DNA from: Candidatus Eiseniibacteriota bacterium
Lineage (GTDB): Bacteria; Eisenbacteria; RBG-16-71-46
NCBI GenBank assembly: GCA_031370785.1
Contig: JANMQY010000140.1
Span: 1 to 64,000, forward strand
Length of the DNA: 64,000 nucleotides
Reading direction: 5' to 3'
The notes beneath the pieces are model-generated. The model was given only the letters and a program-made list of their open reading frames with translations, was not told the DNA's origin and ran no database searches. The translations under genes and the position numbers were made by a program. Numbering within the stretch: position 1 is the stretch's first letter; each line of letters starts with the position of its first letter. This document shows positions 35,351 to 45,026 of the stretch, in pieces.

Positions 35351-37353
35351 CAGCGGATCCATCGATCGAACCAGCCGAGCATCCGCGTGAACTGATCGGC
35401 GCGATGCCGCGGCTCGCGCAACCCATGCCCTTCCCGCGGGTAGTGCACGAACTCGGTCGGCACCTGGAGCGCGGTCAGCGCGCGATACAGCTCCTGCGCC
35501 TGCGGATAGGGAACGCGCTGGTCGGCCTCGCCGATCAGGATGAGCGTCGGAGTCTTCGCGTTCTGGATGTAGGTCATGGGCGAGGAGCGTCTCCAGTTCT
35601 CGGGCGTCTCCCACGGCGGGCCGCCGAAGTCGAAGGCACGATACTGCTGTATGTCACTCTGCCCGTAGTGGGCGGCCAGGTCCACCGCGCCCGCGAGCAC
35701 CGCCGCGGCCTTGAAGCGATCGGTGTGGGTGATGGCCCACGCGGAAAGATATCCACCGTACGAGCCGCCGTACACGCCGAGCTTGCGAGCATCCGCGAGG
35801 CCCTCCCGTACCAGGAAGTCCACGCCGCTCGTCACGTCGGCCCAATCCTGAAATCCCCAGTCGCTGCGCTTGCGTAGCATGAATGCGGTGCCGTAGCCGC
35901 CGCTCGAGCGGAAGTTTGGCATGAACACCTGATAGCCATGCGCGGCGAAGTACTGCGCTCCGCTCTCGAAGCCGAGCGCGTAGCGCGTGGTGTAGGGGCC
36001 GCCATGCAGGAGCACCAGCGTCTTGAGTGGCGCAGCTCCTGGCGCGTTCGGCGGCCGCAGCAGCAACCCTTCGACGTGCGCGCCGTCGCTGCTGGTCCAC
36101 TGCACCACGCGCGTCGTGCCGAGGGAGAGTCCCGCGGTGCCGGCGTTGAACACGGTCGCGGCGCGGCCCGCGAGCCCTGCACCGTCGGCAACCCACAGCT
36201 CGTTCGGCTGCATCGCTTGCGACTGCACCCACGCGACGTGTCCGTCGCCGGCGCGGACCAGCGTGCCCGTCTGGCCGCGCACGTCGAGCCCGAGGGACAC
36301 GGGGCCTCCAGACCGCGGCACCGAGGCGAGGCGGGTGGTCACGCCCTGCTCGGACCAGAAGTAGAGCGTCTCACCGTCCGTGCTCCACGCGGGGGTGGAT
36401 GCGTCCTCGTCGAAGTTCGCGGTGAGATTGAGCGGCGTTCCGCCGGAAGCCGAGATCACCCGCAGATCGGTCTTGAATATATGGGTCGTACGATCCGGCC
36501 CCGACGCCCAGGCGATCCACTTCGAGTCGGGCGACCACGCGAAGCCGGTGCCGACCACGCCGAGCTTCTTCGCCGCGCCATTCACCGCATCCGCGACGCC
36601 GATGTCGGCCAGCAGCGTGTCGTCGGGCTTTCCGGTCGGGCTCACGAGATAAGCGATGCGCCTGGAGTCCGGCGACCAGCGCAGGTACCACACATACTGC
36701 TGCCCGGAGGTGATCCGGCGCGGCTTCGCGCCCGGGGATCCGGCCGGCGCGGCCAGGTCCAAGATCCACAGCGCCGGATACTGCAGGCGCTCATCCTCGA
36801 TCACGTGGTCCCATTTCTTCTTCTTCCACTCGTTCACCCGCTTCGGAAGCGTGTCGAGCTTCACGTACGCAAGCCATCGACCGTCGGGTGACCATGCGAC
36901 CTCGGTCACCGCGTCGTCGTACGTGCCGAACGCCCACGGCTCGCCACCGCGCAACGACATCATCCAGATCGCGCTCTTCGCATCGTCTCCGGCGCCGCGG
37001 CTTGCGATGAAAGCGAGCGTGTCGCCGCTCGGCGAAAACGTCGGGCTGGTGTCGCCCTTGGGGTGGCGGGTCAGGCGCACGGGCCGGCCGGGACCCCCGT
37101 CGCCTGTGGCGGTGAGATCCACCAGCCACAGATCGGCATTATTCGTGTTCTCGCCAGTGTCCGGGGCGGTCACGACGAACGCAATGCGCCTTCCGTCGCG
37201 CGACCCGACCGGGTCGCCGATGGAGTTGAGCGTCAACAGATGGTCGAGATCGAAGACATGGTTCTCGGCGGGCGCGGCCTTTTTCGCCGCGAGTCCAGGC
37301 GCGGCGAGTGCGAAAGCGCCCAGGGCGATAAAGGCGCAGATGAGACGTCGCAT
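35350..37353 (-). CDS. S9 family (acylaminoacyl/dipeptidyl) peptidase, exported
   Basis: Signal peptide; WSPD propeller repeats; HGGP, GGSYGG, GEADQRV, EGHG. Confidence 0.92.
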   Translation of the reverse strand: MRRLICAFIALGAFALAAPGLAAKKAAPAENHVFDLDHLLTLNSIGDPVGSRDGRRIAFVVTAPDTGENTNNADLWLVDLTATGDGGPGRPVRLTRHPKGDTSPTFSPSGDTLAFIASRGAGDDAKSAIWMMSLRGGEPWAFGTYDDAVTEVAWSPDGRWLAYVKLDTLPKRVNEWKKKKWDHVIEDERLQYPALWILDLAAPAGSPGAKPRRITSGQQYVWYLRWSPDSRRIAYLVSPTGKPDDTLLADIGVADAVNGAAKKLGVVGTGFAWSPDSKWIAWASGPDRTTHIFKTDLRVISASGGTPLNLTANFDEDASTPAWSTDGETLYFWSEQGVTTRLASVPRSGGPVSLGLDVRGQTGTLVRAGDGHVAWVQSQAMQPNELWVADGAGLAGRAATVFNAGTAGLSLGTTRVVQWTSSDGAHVEGLLLRPPNAPGAAPLKTLVLLHGGPYTTRYALGFESGAQYFAAHGYQVFMPNFRSSGGYGTAFMLRKRSDWGFQDWADVTSGVDFLVREGLADARKLGVYGGSYGGYLSAWAITHTDRFKAAAVLAGAVDLAAHYGQSDIQQYRAFDFGGPPWETPENWRRSSPMTYIQNAKTPTLILIGEADQRVPYPQAQELYRALTALQVPTEFVHYPREGHGLREPRHRADQFTRMLGWFDRWIR

Positions 37354-37524
37354 CCGGTCTCCGGGGTAGGAGGGAGGGCATGTCCTCGAGCGGGCGCACA
37401 TTAGCGAACGCGTGCGTGCCGCGCCAGCAGAGCATGCGGAGCCGGAAACGCGAAGCGCCCCCCGGCTTGCAGGGCCAGGGCGCATGCAACGAGGCTGGGC
37501 CGCCCCGGGCTCTTCCCGCAGTTC

Positions 37525-38100
37525 CTACTTCGCCGGCGCGAAATCCAGCGACACCGAGTTCATGCAGTAGCGCAGGCCGGTCGGCTTCGGGCCGTCGTCG
37601 AACACGTGTCCGAGATGCCCGCCGCAGCGCGCGCACTGGACTTCGTCGCGCTGCATTCCGAACGAGGCATCGGTTGCCTTCCTGACATGGCTCTCCGCGA
37701 TCGGTTCCCAGAAGCTGGGCCAGCCGGTGCCGGACTCGAACTTCGTGTCCGAGCTGAAAAGATCGAGCCCGCATGCCGCGCAGCGATAGGTTCCCTTCGC
37801 GTGGTTGTTCCAGTACTTGCCTGTGAAAGCGATCTCCGTGCCCTTCTTGCGCAGCACCCGGTACTGCTCGGGAGTCAGGGCCTTCTGCCATTCGGCGTCG
37901 GTCTTTACCACGCTGCCCACTTCGTCGTTCTTCTTCACGTCGTTCCTCTTCGCGTCGTTCTTCTTCACGTCGGTCTTCATTGCGCCCGCCTTCATCGTGA
38001 CGGATGCCGTTGCTTCCGCGCCGGCCGAACGTCGGCCGCACGCGGCAACGGCGAGTATCGCTACCAGGGCTGCGACCGCGCCCAGCAATCGAACGTTCAT
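37525..38100 (-). CDS. msrB: Peptide-methionine (R)-S-oxide reductase with a lipoprotein-like signal
   Basis: [46 protein letters not shown] lipobox. Confidence 0.93.
   Translation of the reverse strand: MNVRLLGAVAALVAILAVAACGRRSAGAEATASVTMKAGAMKTDVKKNDAKRNDVKKNDEVGSVVKTDAEWQKALTPEQYRVLRKKGTEIAFTGKYWNNHAKGTYRCAACGLDLFSSDTKFESGTGWPSFWEPIAESHVRKATDASFGMQRDEVQCARCGGHLGHVFDDGPKPTGLRYCMNSVSLDFAPAK
37923..37979. repeat. 15-bp coding tandem repeat (about 3.8 copies) in the msrB linker
   Basis: cgtcgttcttcttca / cgtcgttcctcttcg / cgtcgttcttcttca / cgtcggtcttca, encoding [18 protein letters not shown]. Confidence 0.8.
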
Positions 38101-38161
38101 TTTCAGTCTCCTCTCGAGGCGCATCGAGCGGTGAGTGTCGCTCGAGTGGCGCCTCTGGTCT

Positions 38162-38566
38162 TCAGGGCGAGTCGGGAAGCGTGTACTCGAACTCGTAGGA
38201 ATGCTCCTTCCCGGCGATGACGATCGCCATCCGGCCTGCGAGCCCGGCGAGCTGGCCGGTGCCGGAATCGGGCACGACCGTGACCGAGAGTTCCGGAACG
38301 CCGCGATTCATCGTGCCGGTGTGCTGGAGCGAGAAGCTGCCGCTCCGGCCGTGCAGCGTGCCGGTGACGCGTTCCAGCGCAACGTAGCCCGCCGAGTCTG
38401 AAGCCCCGGTCATGGCCGCCAGCATCTGGCCCAGGCTAGTCGCTTCGAGATCGCCATGGAACTGCTTGTCGATGGACATGCGGCCGACGCTGGGATCGCC
38501 GATGCCTTCCTGATGCGGCTGCGGCGCGAGCTTGACCTCGAACGGACCGCTGGCTCGTGTCGGCAT
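38162..38566 (-). CDS. DUF3224-like beta-barrel protein
   Basis: [41 protein letters not shown]. Confidence 0.85.
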   Translation of the reverse strand: MPTRASGPFEVKLAPQPHQEGIGDPSVGRMSIDKQFHGDLEATSLGQMLAAMTGASDSAGYVALERVTGTLHGRSGSFSLQHTGTMNRGVPELSVTVVPDSGTGQLAGLAGRMAIVIAGKEHSYEFEYTLPDSP

Positions 38567-38724
38567 GACGTTCCTTCTACGTGGTGCGAAACGGCGCGCT
38601 CTGCCTGCGGCGGGTCTCGCTGAGTATACGGGGCTGGCTTCCCGATGGGACGGGATCGACAAACATCTGACATCTGGCGCACATTTTGCGCCCCGACACG
38701 TCGATTTCGTCTCGTCGTACGGTG

Positions 38725-39447
38725 CTATTTGCCGCTGAGCGCAGCCCGCGCTTCGGGGTCCGCGAGTTCGGCCCACTTCGCGTACATCGCACCCGACGGG
38801 TGCAGCCCGTCCGCCACAACAGTGGTCGCGTCCAGCGCTGCGGCACGCGAAGCCGGTGTGATGTCCACCCAGTGCGCGCCGGCGCGTCGCGTCTCGTCGC
38901 GCGCGACCGCGTTGAAGGAGTCGATCGCGGTCGCGATCTCCGCGCGGTCGCGCCCTTCCGCGAACGGCGTGACGCCCCAGTCCGGAATCGAGAGCACGAT
39001 CACGCGCCTCGCCTCGCGGTCCGCCAGCGTGGTGGCCTTATCCAGCAGGGCGATGAACTGCGCGCGATATTCCTCGACGCTGCGTCCGCGAAACTGATTG
39101 TTGACGCCGATCAGCAGCGAGACCAGCGCGTACGGCCCCTGAGGATTGCGCCTGGCGATCGCGGCGGCGAGCTCGTCGGTGGTCCATCCGGTTTTCGCGA
39201 TGATCTCGGGCTCTGGGATCTTCGCGCCGCTCGCACGCAGCCGGGCTGCAAGCTGCTCGGGCCAGCGCTCGGCGACTGGGACGCCCTCGCCGATCGTGTA
39301 GGAATCACCCAGCGCCAGATAACGCACGACACGGCCTCGCTCGAGCGGGTGGGACTGATGCGGTGCGCGGGAGCCGGCGGCGCCGCCTGCACCGAGCACA
39401 GCGAGAAACGCACCGACCAGGCCGGTCCATCGTCTGACATGAAGCAT
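38725..39447 (-). CDS. SGNH/GDSL hydrolase
   Basis: LALGDSYT, IAKTGWTT, LIGVNNQ, DGLHPS. Confidence 0.9.
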   Translation of the reverse strand: MLHVRRWTGLVGAFLAVLGAGGAAGSRAPHQSHPLERGRVVRYLALGDSYTIGEGVPVAERWPEQLAARLRASGAKIPEPEIIAKTGWTTDELAAAIARRNPQGPYALVSLLIGVNNQFRGRSVEEYRAQFIALLDKATTLADREARRVIVLSIPDWGVTPFAEGRDRAEIATAIDSFNAVARDETRRAGAHWVDITPASRAAALDATTVVADGLHPSGAMYAKWAELADPEARAALSGK

Positions 39448-39538
39448 CGCACCCGCGAGTGTAGCGCGCGACCCCTGCGCGCCCGAAACGAACGCCGGGC
39501 GCGGAGGCGCACCCGGCGTTTCGATTGTTCTGCCCGCT

Positions 39539-39889
39539 TCAGCGCGCGACCGGCGTTCGCACCACCACCCGATGCGCGGTCGGATGCCCATCCTCGTCGC
39601 GGTAGAACACCGTGACGCGAGTCTGCTTCTCGATCTCGCCGGTGGCGGTCATCTCGGAGTGCTTCACGAACTGAATCGTGCGCGGTGTCTTGCCCTTCTT
39701 CTCGACCGTCAGACTGTTCTTGTCGACCGAAGTCACGACACCAGTGAACTGATGCAGCGCAGTCCGCGCCTTTGCCTTCGCGGGCGCGGCTGCCTTCGCA
39801 GCCGCGTGAGCGCTGTGCGCGAGCGGGAGCGCCATCGCACTCGAGAGCAGTGCCGCGACCAGCGCGGCCCCCTTCCATCCCTTCATCAT
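39539..39889 (-). CDS. Small exported basic OB-fold-like protein
   Basis: Signal peptide ending AHA; QFTGVVTSVDKNSLTVE...RVTVFY; GGAGGT RBS. Confidence 0.7.
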   Translation of the reverse strand: MMKGWKGAALVAALLSSAMALPLAHSAHAAAKAAAPAKAKARTALHQFTGVVTSVDKNSLTVEKKGKTPRTIQFVKHSEMTATGEIEKQTRVTVFYRDEDGHPTAHRVVVRTPVAR

Positions 39890-39931
39890 TCCTCTCACCT
39901 CCTCTCGTCCTCTGGAGGCGGGGCGAGGCGC

Positions 39932-39960
39932 ATGCTAGGAACCGGAGCGGCGGGCGTCAA
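39932..39960 (-). promoter_or_regulatory. sigma70 promoter
   Basis: Minus strand TTGACG-N17-TAGCAT. Confidence 0.6.
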
Positions 39961-40039
39961 GCATTTTGACTGCGATTTCAAAGGGTGGAAACGATGTGTG
40001 CAGATTCGTGCCCGGCGTGGACGGCGTGGACGGCGGAGG

Positions 40040-40810
40040 TCAGCCGCGCGGGCGCTTGACGCCCAGCTTGATCATGCGCGAGGCGAGCGTGTTGGGATGC
40101 AGCCCGAGAATGGCCGCCGCGCCGCGCGGTCCGCTGATGCGACCGGAAGTGTGCGCGAGCGTGCGTTCGATCGTTTCGCGTTCGATTTCGGCGAGCGTGC
40201 GTTCTGGCGCGGGCACGGCTGAGGCGTCCGCCGACAGCTCGCGCACGGTTGAGGCGCCGGCCGACGGCTCGCGCGCGTCTCGCGAAGGCGGCCCGGCTTT
40301 CCGTGATTGCGTTTCGGTGTCGCGTGCGCGTGCGTCGATCTCTCGCCCTTCCTTCGCATGTGCGGCAAGGGCCTGATCGGCGGCGAACCCGATGAGTCTC
40401 ACCTCGGCGTCGGTCAGCTCGCGGCGCGAGAACAACGCGAGCACGCCGATGGAAACACTGTCACGCACCAGCGGCACCGCGACGAAGCTCCGCACCCGGT
40501 GCGTGGCCAGCCAGGTGGCCTCGGCAAGCGAGCGGGTCGCGATTCCGCCCCGGGCGACGTACGGGCGCAGGCGCACCACCGCCATGCCTACTTCGCGCGC
40601 CCCGATGGGAAACCGCCGGAAGGCGCCATCGATGCGTTCCGTGGTGCCGGCGCTTGCGACCAGGTGGAGACAGAGAGCCTGGTCAGGGCATTCTGGGCGC
40701 ATCTGGCACGTCGTGCACTGATCCCCGGGTCCAATCCTCCAGAGCCGTGAAAGTACAGCATCGCAAGCGACTACGGCGTCATGGGTGAGCTTTGTGAGAG
40801 CGTCCGGCAT
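40040..40810 (-). CDS. GAF plus Fis-type HTH regulator (FhlA-like) with no AAA+ domain
   Basis: CTTCQMRPECPDQALC cluster; SFVAVPLV...IGVLALFSRR (GAF); TLAEIERETIERTL...GRISGPRGAAAILGLHPNTLASRMIKLG; no GESGTGKE or GAFTGA. Confidence 0.8.
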   Translation of the reverse strand: MPDALTKLTHDAVVACDAVLSRLWRIGPGDQCTTCQMRPECPDQALCLHLVASAGTTERIDGAFRRFPIGAREVGMAVVRLRPYVARGGIATRSLAEATWLATHRVRSFVAVPLVRDSVSIGVLALFSRRELTDAEVRLIGFAADQALAAHAKEGREIDARARDTETQSRKAGPPSRDAREPSAGASTVRELSADASAVPAPERTLAEIERETIERTLAHTSGRISGPRGAAAILGLHPNTLASRMIKLGVKRPRG

Positions 40811-40830
40811 GCCAGGAAGTAGAGCACAGT

Positions 40831-40862
40831 CACGGCATTTCGTGAATCACGAAATATCGTGA
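40831..40862. promoter_or_regulatory. Overlapping palindromic binding sites upstream of the GAF-HTH gene
   Basis: ATTTCGTGA-A-TCACGAAAT (40837-40855) and TCACGA-AATA-TCGTGA (40847-40862). Confidence 0.65.
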
Positions 40863-41015
40863 GTTCAGAATCGACAGCGCGGCCGGGGCAGCGACCAGTC
40901 CCCAAGTGAACGCGGCTCGAGGAGGAGGAGGCCGCCTTGCGGGAAGTGGCATTGGGGAAGCACGGCTCGAGGGGGAGGCGAGCGGCGTCCGCCGCCCCCC
41001 GCCCCCCGTCTCCCT

Positions 41016-41534
41016 CTAGCCGGAGACCGCAGCGCCCTCGTGTTCCAGCAGCCAGCGCTTGCGCGCGAGTCCGCCGGCATAGCCGTGGAGCTTCCCGTCC
41101 GAGCCGATCACCCGGTGACACGGGGTCGCGATCGCGATCGGGTTCGCGCCGTTCGCCGTGCCTACCGCGCGGACCGCGGACGGAGCTCCGCCGCGCGTGG
41201 CGATCTGGCGGTATGACACCGTGCGCCCCGCGGGGATGCGGCGCAGCGCGCGCCAGACCTTGCGCTGGAACGGCGTGCCGCCCTCATCGAGCGCGAGCCC
41301 CGAAAGCGCGGCGAGATCGCCGGAGAGATAGGCGCGGATCCGCGCGGGTGCGCCCGCGAGTGGGGCCGCGGCCGGCGCCACGTCGCGCACTTCCACGTCG
41401 CCGAAGCGGCGCGCGAGCGTGCGCACGCGGCGGGCGCGGCCCTCCACGAAACCGAGCGCGCAGACGCGACCGCCGCGGGCGTACAGCTCCAGCGTGCCCG
41501 CCGGAGTTTCGAGTGTGGTGCGATGCAGGATCAT
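41016..41534 (-). CDS. ogt: Methylated-DNA--protein-cysteine methyltransferase
   Basis: GTPFQRKVW, RAVGTANGANP, PCHRV; ATGA overlap with the upstream gene. Confidence 0.93.
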   Translation of the reverse strand: MILHRTTLETPAGTLELYARGGRVCALGFVEGRARRVRTLARRFGDVEVRDVAPAAAPLAGAPARIRAYLSGDLAALSGLALDEGGTPFQRKVWRALRRIPAGRTVSYRQIATRGGAPSAVRAVGTANGANPIAIATPCHRVIGSDGKLHGYAGGLARKRWLLEHEGAAVSG

Positions 41535-43024
41535 TTTCTTTCCTTTCGTTGGAGAGTCGGGACGGTGTCGCGCCGCCACAATGTCATGACCGCGTAGGCG
41601 CGCCACGGGCGCCACGCTTCCGCGCGGGCCTCGACCTCGCGCAGCGTCGGGAGCCGGCCGTGCACCGCGAGCGCCCGGCGCACGCCGAGGTCGCCGGCCG
41701 GCAAAGCATCCGGCTCGCCGAGTGCCCGCATCGCGATGTACTGAGCGGTCCAGGGCCCGATGCCGGGCAGCCTGCACAGCGTCTCGATCGCCGCATCGAG
41801 CGCGCCGAGCTGGTCGAAGTCCAGCGTGCCGTCGTGCACCGAGGCGGCGAGGGATCGCACCGCATCGGCGCGGGCGCGGGTCAGGCCGATGCGCTCGAGC
41901 GGCGCAGAAGCGAGCGCGGCCGGCGGCGGGAAGCAGTGCGAGAGCCCGGGTGGCGCCGGCCCCAGGAGCGGCGTCCCGAAAGTCCGCGCGATGCGCCCGG
42001 CGAGTGTGGTCGCCGCGCGCACCGAGACCTGCTGGCCGAGAATCGCGCGCACCGCCAGCTCGAACGGATCCCATGCGCCAGGCACGCGAATCCCGCGGCT
42101 CGCCTCGACCGCGTTTGCGAGCCGTGGATCGCGACGCAGATGAATCGCGATCGCGCGGGCGTCGGCGCCCAGATCGAAAACACGGCTGACGCGGGAAACG
42201 ATCCGGATCAGGTCGCGGGGCGCCGCGAGGCGCACGCGCAGCTCGAGCTGGCGCTCATCGTGACGCCTTACCTCGATCGAGCCCGGCACGCCGCCGTTCA
42301 CGATCGTGCGCCGCCACACTCCGTCCGCCACCGACTCGACGCCGGGAATCGCGCGTGGCCCGAGATAGGCGAGCAGCGCGTCCCAGTCGAACGGCTCGCG
42401 ATACGGCAGGCGCAGCGAGAGCGCGCCGGCCGGCTCGAGTTCTGCTCCGGTTTGAACCCGGGTGCGCGTGCCGCGTCGCAGCTCGCGCGGCGCGCGGCGG
42501 AACGTGTCGCGGATCGCATGATTGAAGCGGCGGATGCTCGCGAAGCCCGACGCCAGCGCGATCTCGCCCATCGCCAGGTCGGTCTCGTCGATCAGGCGGC
42601 GCGCGAAGTGCACCCGGCGCGTGTGCGCGACCGCGATCGGCGAGGCCCCGAGATGCTCGTGGAACAGCCGCCGCAGGTGACGATCCCCGACGCCGAGCCG
42701 GTCCGCGAGCGCTTCGACCCCATCGAGATCGAGCGCACCGGTCTCGATCAGGCGCAGCGCGCGGCTCACGGTCGCCGACGTTCCGCTCCACGCCGGCGCT
42801 CCGGGCGCGGTCTCGGGCCGGCAGCGCAGGCAGGGCCTGAAGCCCGCCTCCTCCGCCGCTGCCGCGCAGGTGTAGAAGCGCACGTTCCGCGCGCGAGGCA
42901 TCGGCGCCGGGCAACCCGGCCGGCAGTAGACACCGGTGGTCACGACGGCGGTGACGAACCGCCCGTCAAAACGCCGATCGCGCGCGACGAATGCCTGGTA
43001 GCAAGCCCGGGAGTCGAGTTCCAT
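41531..43024 (-). CDS. Ada-AlkA fusion (Ada Zn finger, AraC HTH, AlkA N-terminal domain, HhH glycosylase)
   Basis: TTGVYCRPGC, FRPCLRCRP, AVRAILGQQVSV, LPGIGPWTA, WRPWRAYA. Confidence 0.93.
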   Translation of the reverse strand: MELDSRACYQAFVARDRRFDGRFVTAVVTTGVYCRPGCPAPMPRARNVRFYTCAAAAEEAGFRPCLRCRPETAPGAPAWSGTSATVSRALRLIETGALDLDGVEALADRLGVGDRHLRRLFHEHLGASPIAVAHTRRVHFARRLIDETDLAMGEIALASGFASIRRFNHAIRDTFRRAPRELRRGTRTRVQTGAELEPAGALSLRLPYREPFDWDALLAYLGPRAIPGVESVADGVWRRTIVNGGVPGSIEVRRHDERQLELRVRLAAPRDLIRIVSRVSRVFDLGADARAIAIHLRRDPRLANAVEASRGIRVPGAWDPFELAVRAILGQQVSVRAATTLAGRIARTFGTPLLGPAPPGLSHCFPPPAALASAPLERIGLTRARADAVRSLAASVHDGTLDFDQLGALDAAIETLCRLPGIGPWTAQYIAMRALGEPDALPAGDLGVRRALAVHGRLPTLREVEARAEAWRPWRAYAVMTLWRRDTVPTLQRKERK

Positions 43025-43150
43025 GCGCACAAGATACCCCGCCCCGGCCCGGGAGTCTGGCCGTTTTCGGACATGGTTGCGTCGGCAACAAATGGCGGTT
43101 CGAACGCGGTGCGGTGCGGAAGGTTCTGCGAGGAGCGGGCGCGTCCCCGG

Positions 43151-44797
43151 TCAGGGCCGGATGCGCGCGAGCACGAGGCTCGGCGTGCGCATCACGATCT
43201 CGAGCGGCGAGCCCGCCGCCCGCGCCACTTCGCCTTCGTGCGATGGCGAGAACGCGAGATACACGTGCCCGTCCGCCGAGACCAGATCGCGCAGCCCGGA
43301 CGCGACGTCTGCGATCGGCACCAGATTGCGGCGCGCGTACAGCCTCAGTGAAGGCGGTGCGGCTTCGATCAGCCCGAGGGGCGCCCGCTCCGGCGCCACC
43401 TGATTGAGCGTGAGCGCGACCGAGCGGGCGTTCAGATAGCCCTCCATCTCGGGCAGCACGCGCGCGGTCACGATCGGCGCCCCAAGCGCGACCGGCAACA
43501 TCATCAGCGCGGCCGCGACGCGGCGCCGGCCGAGGTAGCTCGCGAGGAACGGCAGCCACGATGCGCCGAACATCACCGCGCCGAGCAGGCGCAGCTCGGG
43601 CGCGGCCTCGCGTACCCGACTCGCGAGCACCGCGAGCGCAATCGCCAGAGCGCTGCCGGTGATCGCCAGCATGCGCGTCGCGCGCGCGATCGGGCGCGCG
43701 AGGCGTTCCGCGTCTTCCATCAGGTGGTCCAGCATCCGGCCGCACAGGAGCGCGGCGGCCGGCAGTGCGGGCAGCGCGGCGGGCAACGGTGGCCCGGGGT
43801 AGATCGCGATCGGCAGCACCGCGGCGACCAGCGAGGCGATGAAGAAATGCGCGGTCGCCTCTTCGCGCGCCTCGCGCCCGAGCGGACCGGTCGGGCTCGC
43901 TTCGGGCGGCGTCGTCGGGGCGCCGGCGAGCGGCGCGCGGCGGCGCGCGAAACGCCACCAGGTGGCGGCATGGATCATGGCTTCGGGCATGAGCGCGCTC
44001 CACGGGAAGAACGCGACCACCAGAAACGAAAGCATGAGCAGCGGGCCCGAGTACCAGGGCCCGCGCGGCTCGATCGCATACGGGAAGAACGGCGCGTGCG
44101 CGAGGAACCTGGCTCCGTAGCGCTCGATCATCGCGCCGTACCAGGGCAGCGCGAGCCCGATCATCACGCACAGCCCGGCCAGCGGCCGCGCGCGTGACAC
44201 GCCGTCCGGTGTGCGCGCCAGCAGCGCGTAGAGCACGAGTCCGCCGAGCGGCCACAGCGCGGGCAGAGGTCCGGCAACCAGCAACGCCGCAGCGAGTGCG
44301 CCGTACGCGACGATGAGCCGCAGGTCGCGCCCGGCGCTGCGGCCGAACATCGCATCCGCGAGGCCGGCTGCGCCGACCCAGCCGAACAGCGAGCCGAGCA
44401 GCTGAGCGCCGTCGGTGCGAGCGGCGAGCGGCAGGCCCGCGCAGCTCGCGAGCACGCCCGCGGCGCACCAGCCGGCGCGGGTGCCGAAGTGTCGCGCGCC
44501 GATCGAGGCGGTCAGCAGCAGCAACGCCACCGCGAGTCCGGCACGCATCTGGCGCGAGTGCAGCGGCGAATCGTCCCCGAACAGCGCGACGACCACCTCG
44601 GGCGCGTAGGCGAGCACCGGCTTCTCGAACAGCGCCTCGCCGCCGAGCACCGGGGTCAGCACCTCGCGGCGCGCGATCATCTCGCGGGCCACCGCCACGT
44701 CGCGCGCCTCGCGATCGTCGGTGAATCCGATTCGCTCCGCGCCCGCGAAAAGCACCGCGAGGCACAGCACGGCGAGGATGAGCGGAGCCGGGCGCAT
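43151..44797 (-). CDS. ArnT/PMT-like (GT-C) membrane glycosyltransferase
   Basis: EARDVAVAREM, FEKPVL, ALPWY, many TM helices. Confidence 0.75.
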   Translation of the reverse strand: MRPAPLILAVLCLAVLFAGAERIGFTDDREARDVAVAREMIARREVLTPVLGGEALFEKPVLAYAPEVVVALFGDDSPLHSRQMRAGLAVALLLLTASIGARHFGTRAGWCAAGVLASCAGLPLAARTDGAQLLGSLFGWVGAAGLADAMFGRSAGRDLRLIVAYGALAAALLVAGPLPALWPLGGLVLYALLARTPDGVSRARPLAGLCVMIGLALPWYGAMIERYGARFLAHAPFFPYAIEPRGPWYSGPLLMLSFLVVAFFPWSALMPEAMIHAATWWRFARRRAPLAGAPTTPPEASPTGPLGREAREEATAHFFIASLVAAVLPIAIYPGPPLPAALPALPAAALLCGRMLDHLMEDAERLARPIARATRMLAITGSALAIALAVLASRVREAAPELRLLGAVMFGASWLPFLASYLGRRRVAAALMMLPVALGAPIVTARVLPEMEGYLNARSVALTLNQVAPERAPLGLIEAAPPSLRLYARRNLVPIADVASGLRDLVSADGHVYLAFSPSHEGEVARAAGSPLEIVMRTPSLVLARIRP

Positions 44798-44878
44798 GGG
44801 GCCGGAACATAGCAGAGCGCGCCGCACACCAGCACGGCGCACGCCGGGCGAATCCGCGCGAGCCGCACCACGTTCCGG

Positions 44879-44964
44879 GTCCGGAACTCGCCGCTCGCCG
44901 TGCTGCCATTGACACGTCCGGAGCTCGCCGCTCGCCGCGCTGCTATTGACGCGGCCGGAGCGCG
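44879..44964 (+). repeat. 37-bp tandem duplication (about 2.3 copies) in the acsA promoter region
   Basis: gtccggaactcgccgctcgccgtgctgccattgacac / gtccggagctcgccgctcgccgcgctgctattgacgc / ggccggagcgcg. Confidence 0.8.
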
Positions 44965-45026
44965 TTGGATAGCCTTCGCCCGCGCTGCCGTCCACGACGC
45001 ACCCGACACCGTCCCGGGGAGGATCC

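Noticed and set aside
38675..38690. sigma54-like TGGCGCA-CATT-TTGCG on the plus strand
   Set aside because: It points antisense into the SGNH gene with no plausible plus-strand gene downstream; probably chance, though an antisense RNA is not excluded.
44879..44964. 37-bp repeat as a CRISPR array
   Set aside because: The units are contiguous with no spacers, there are only about 2 copies, and no cas genes are present.
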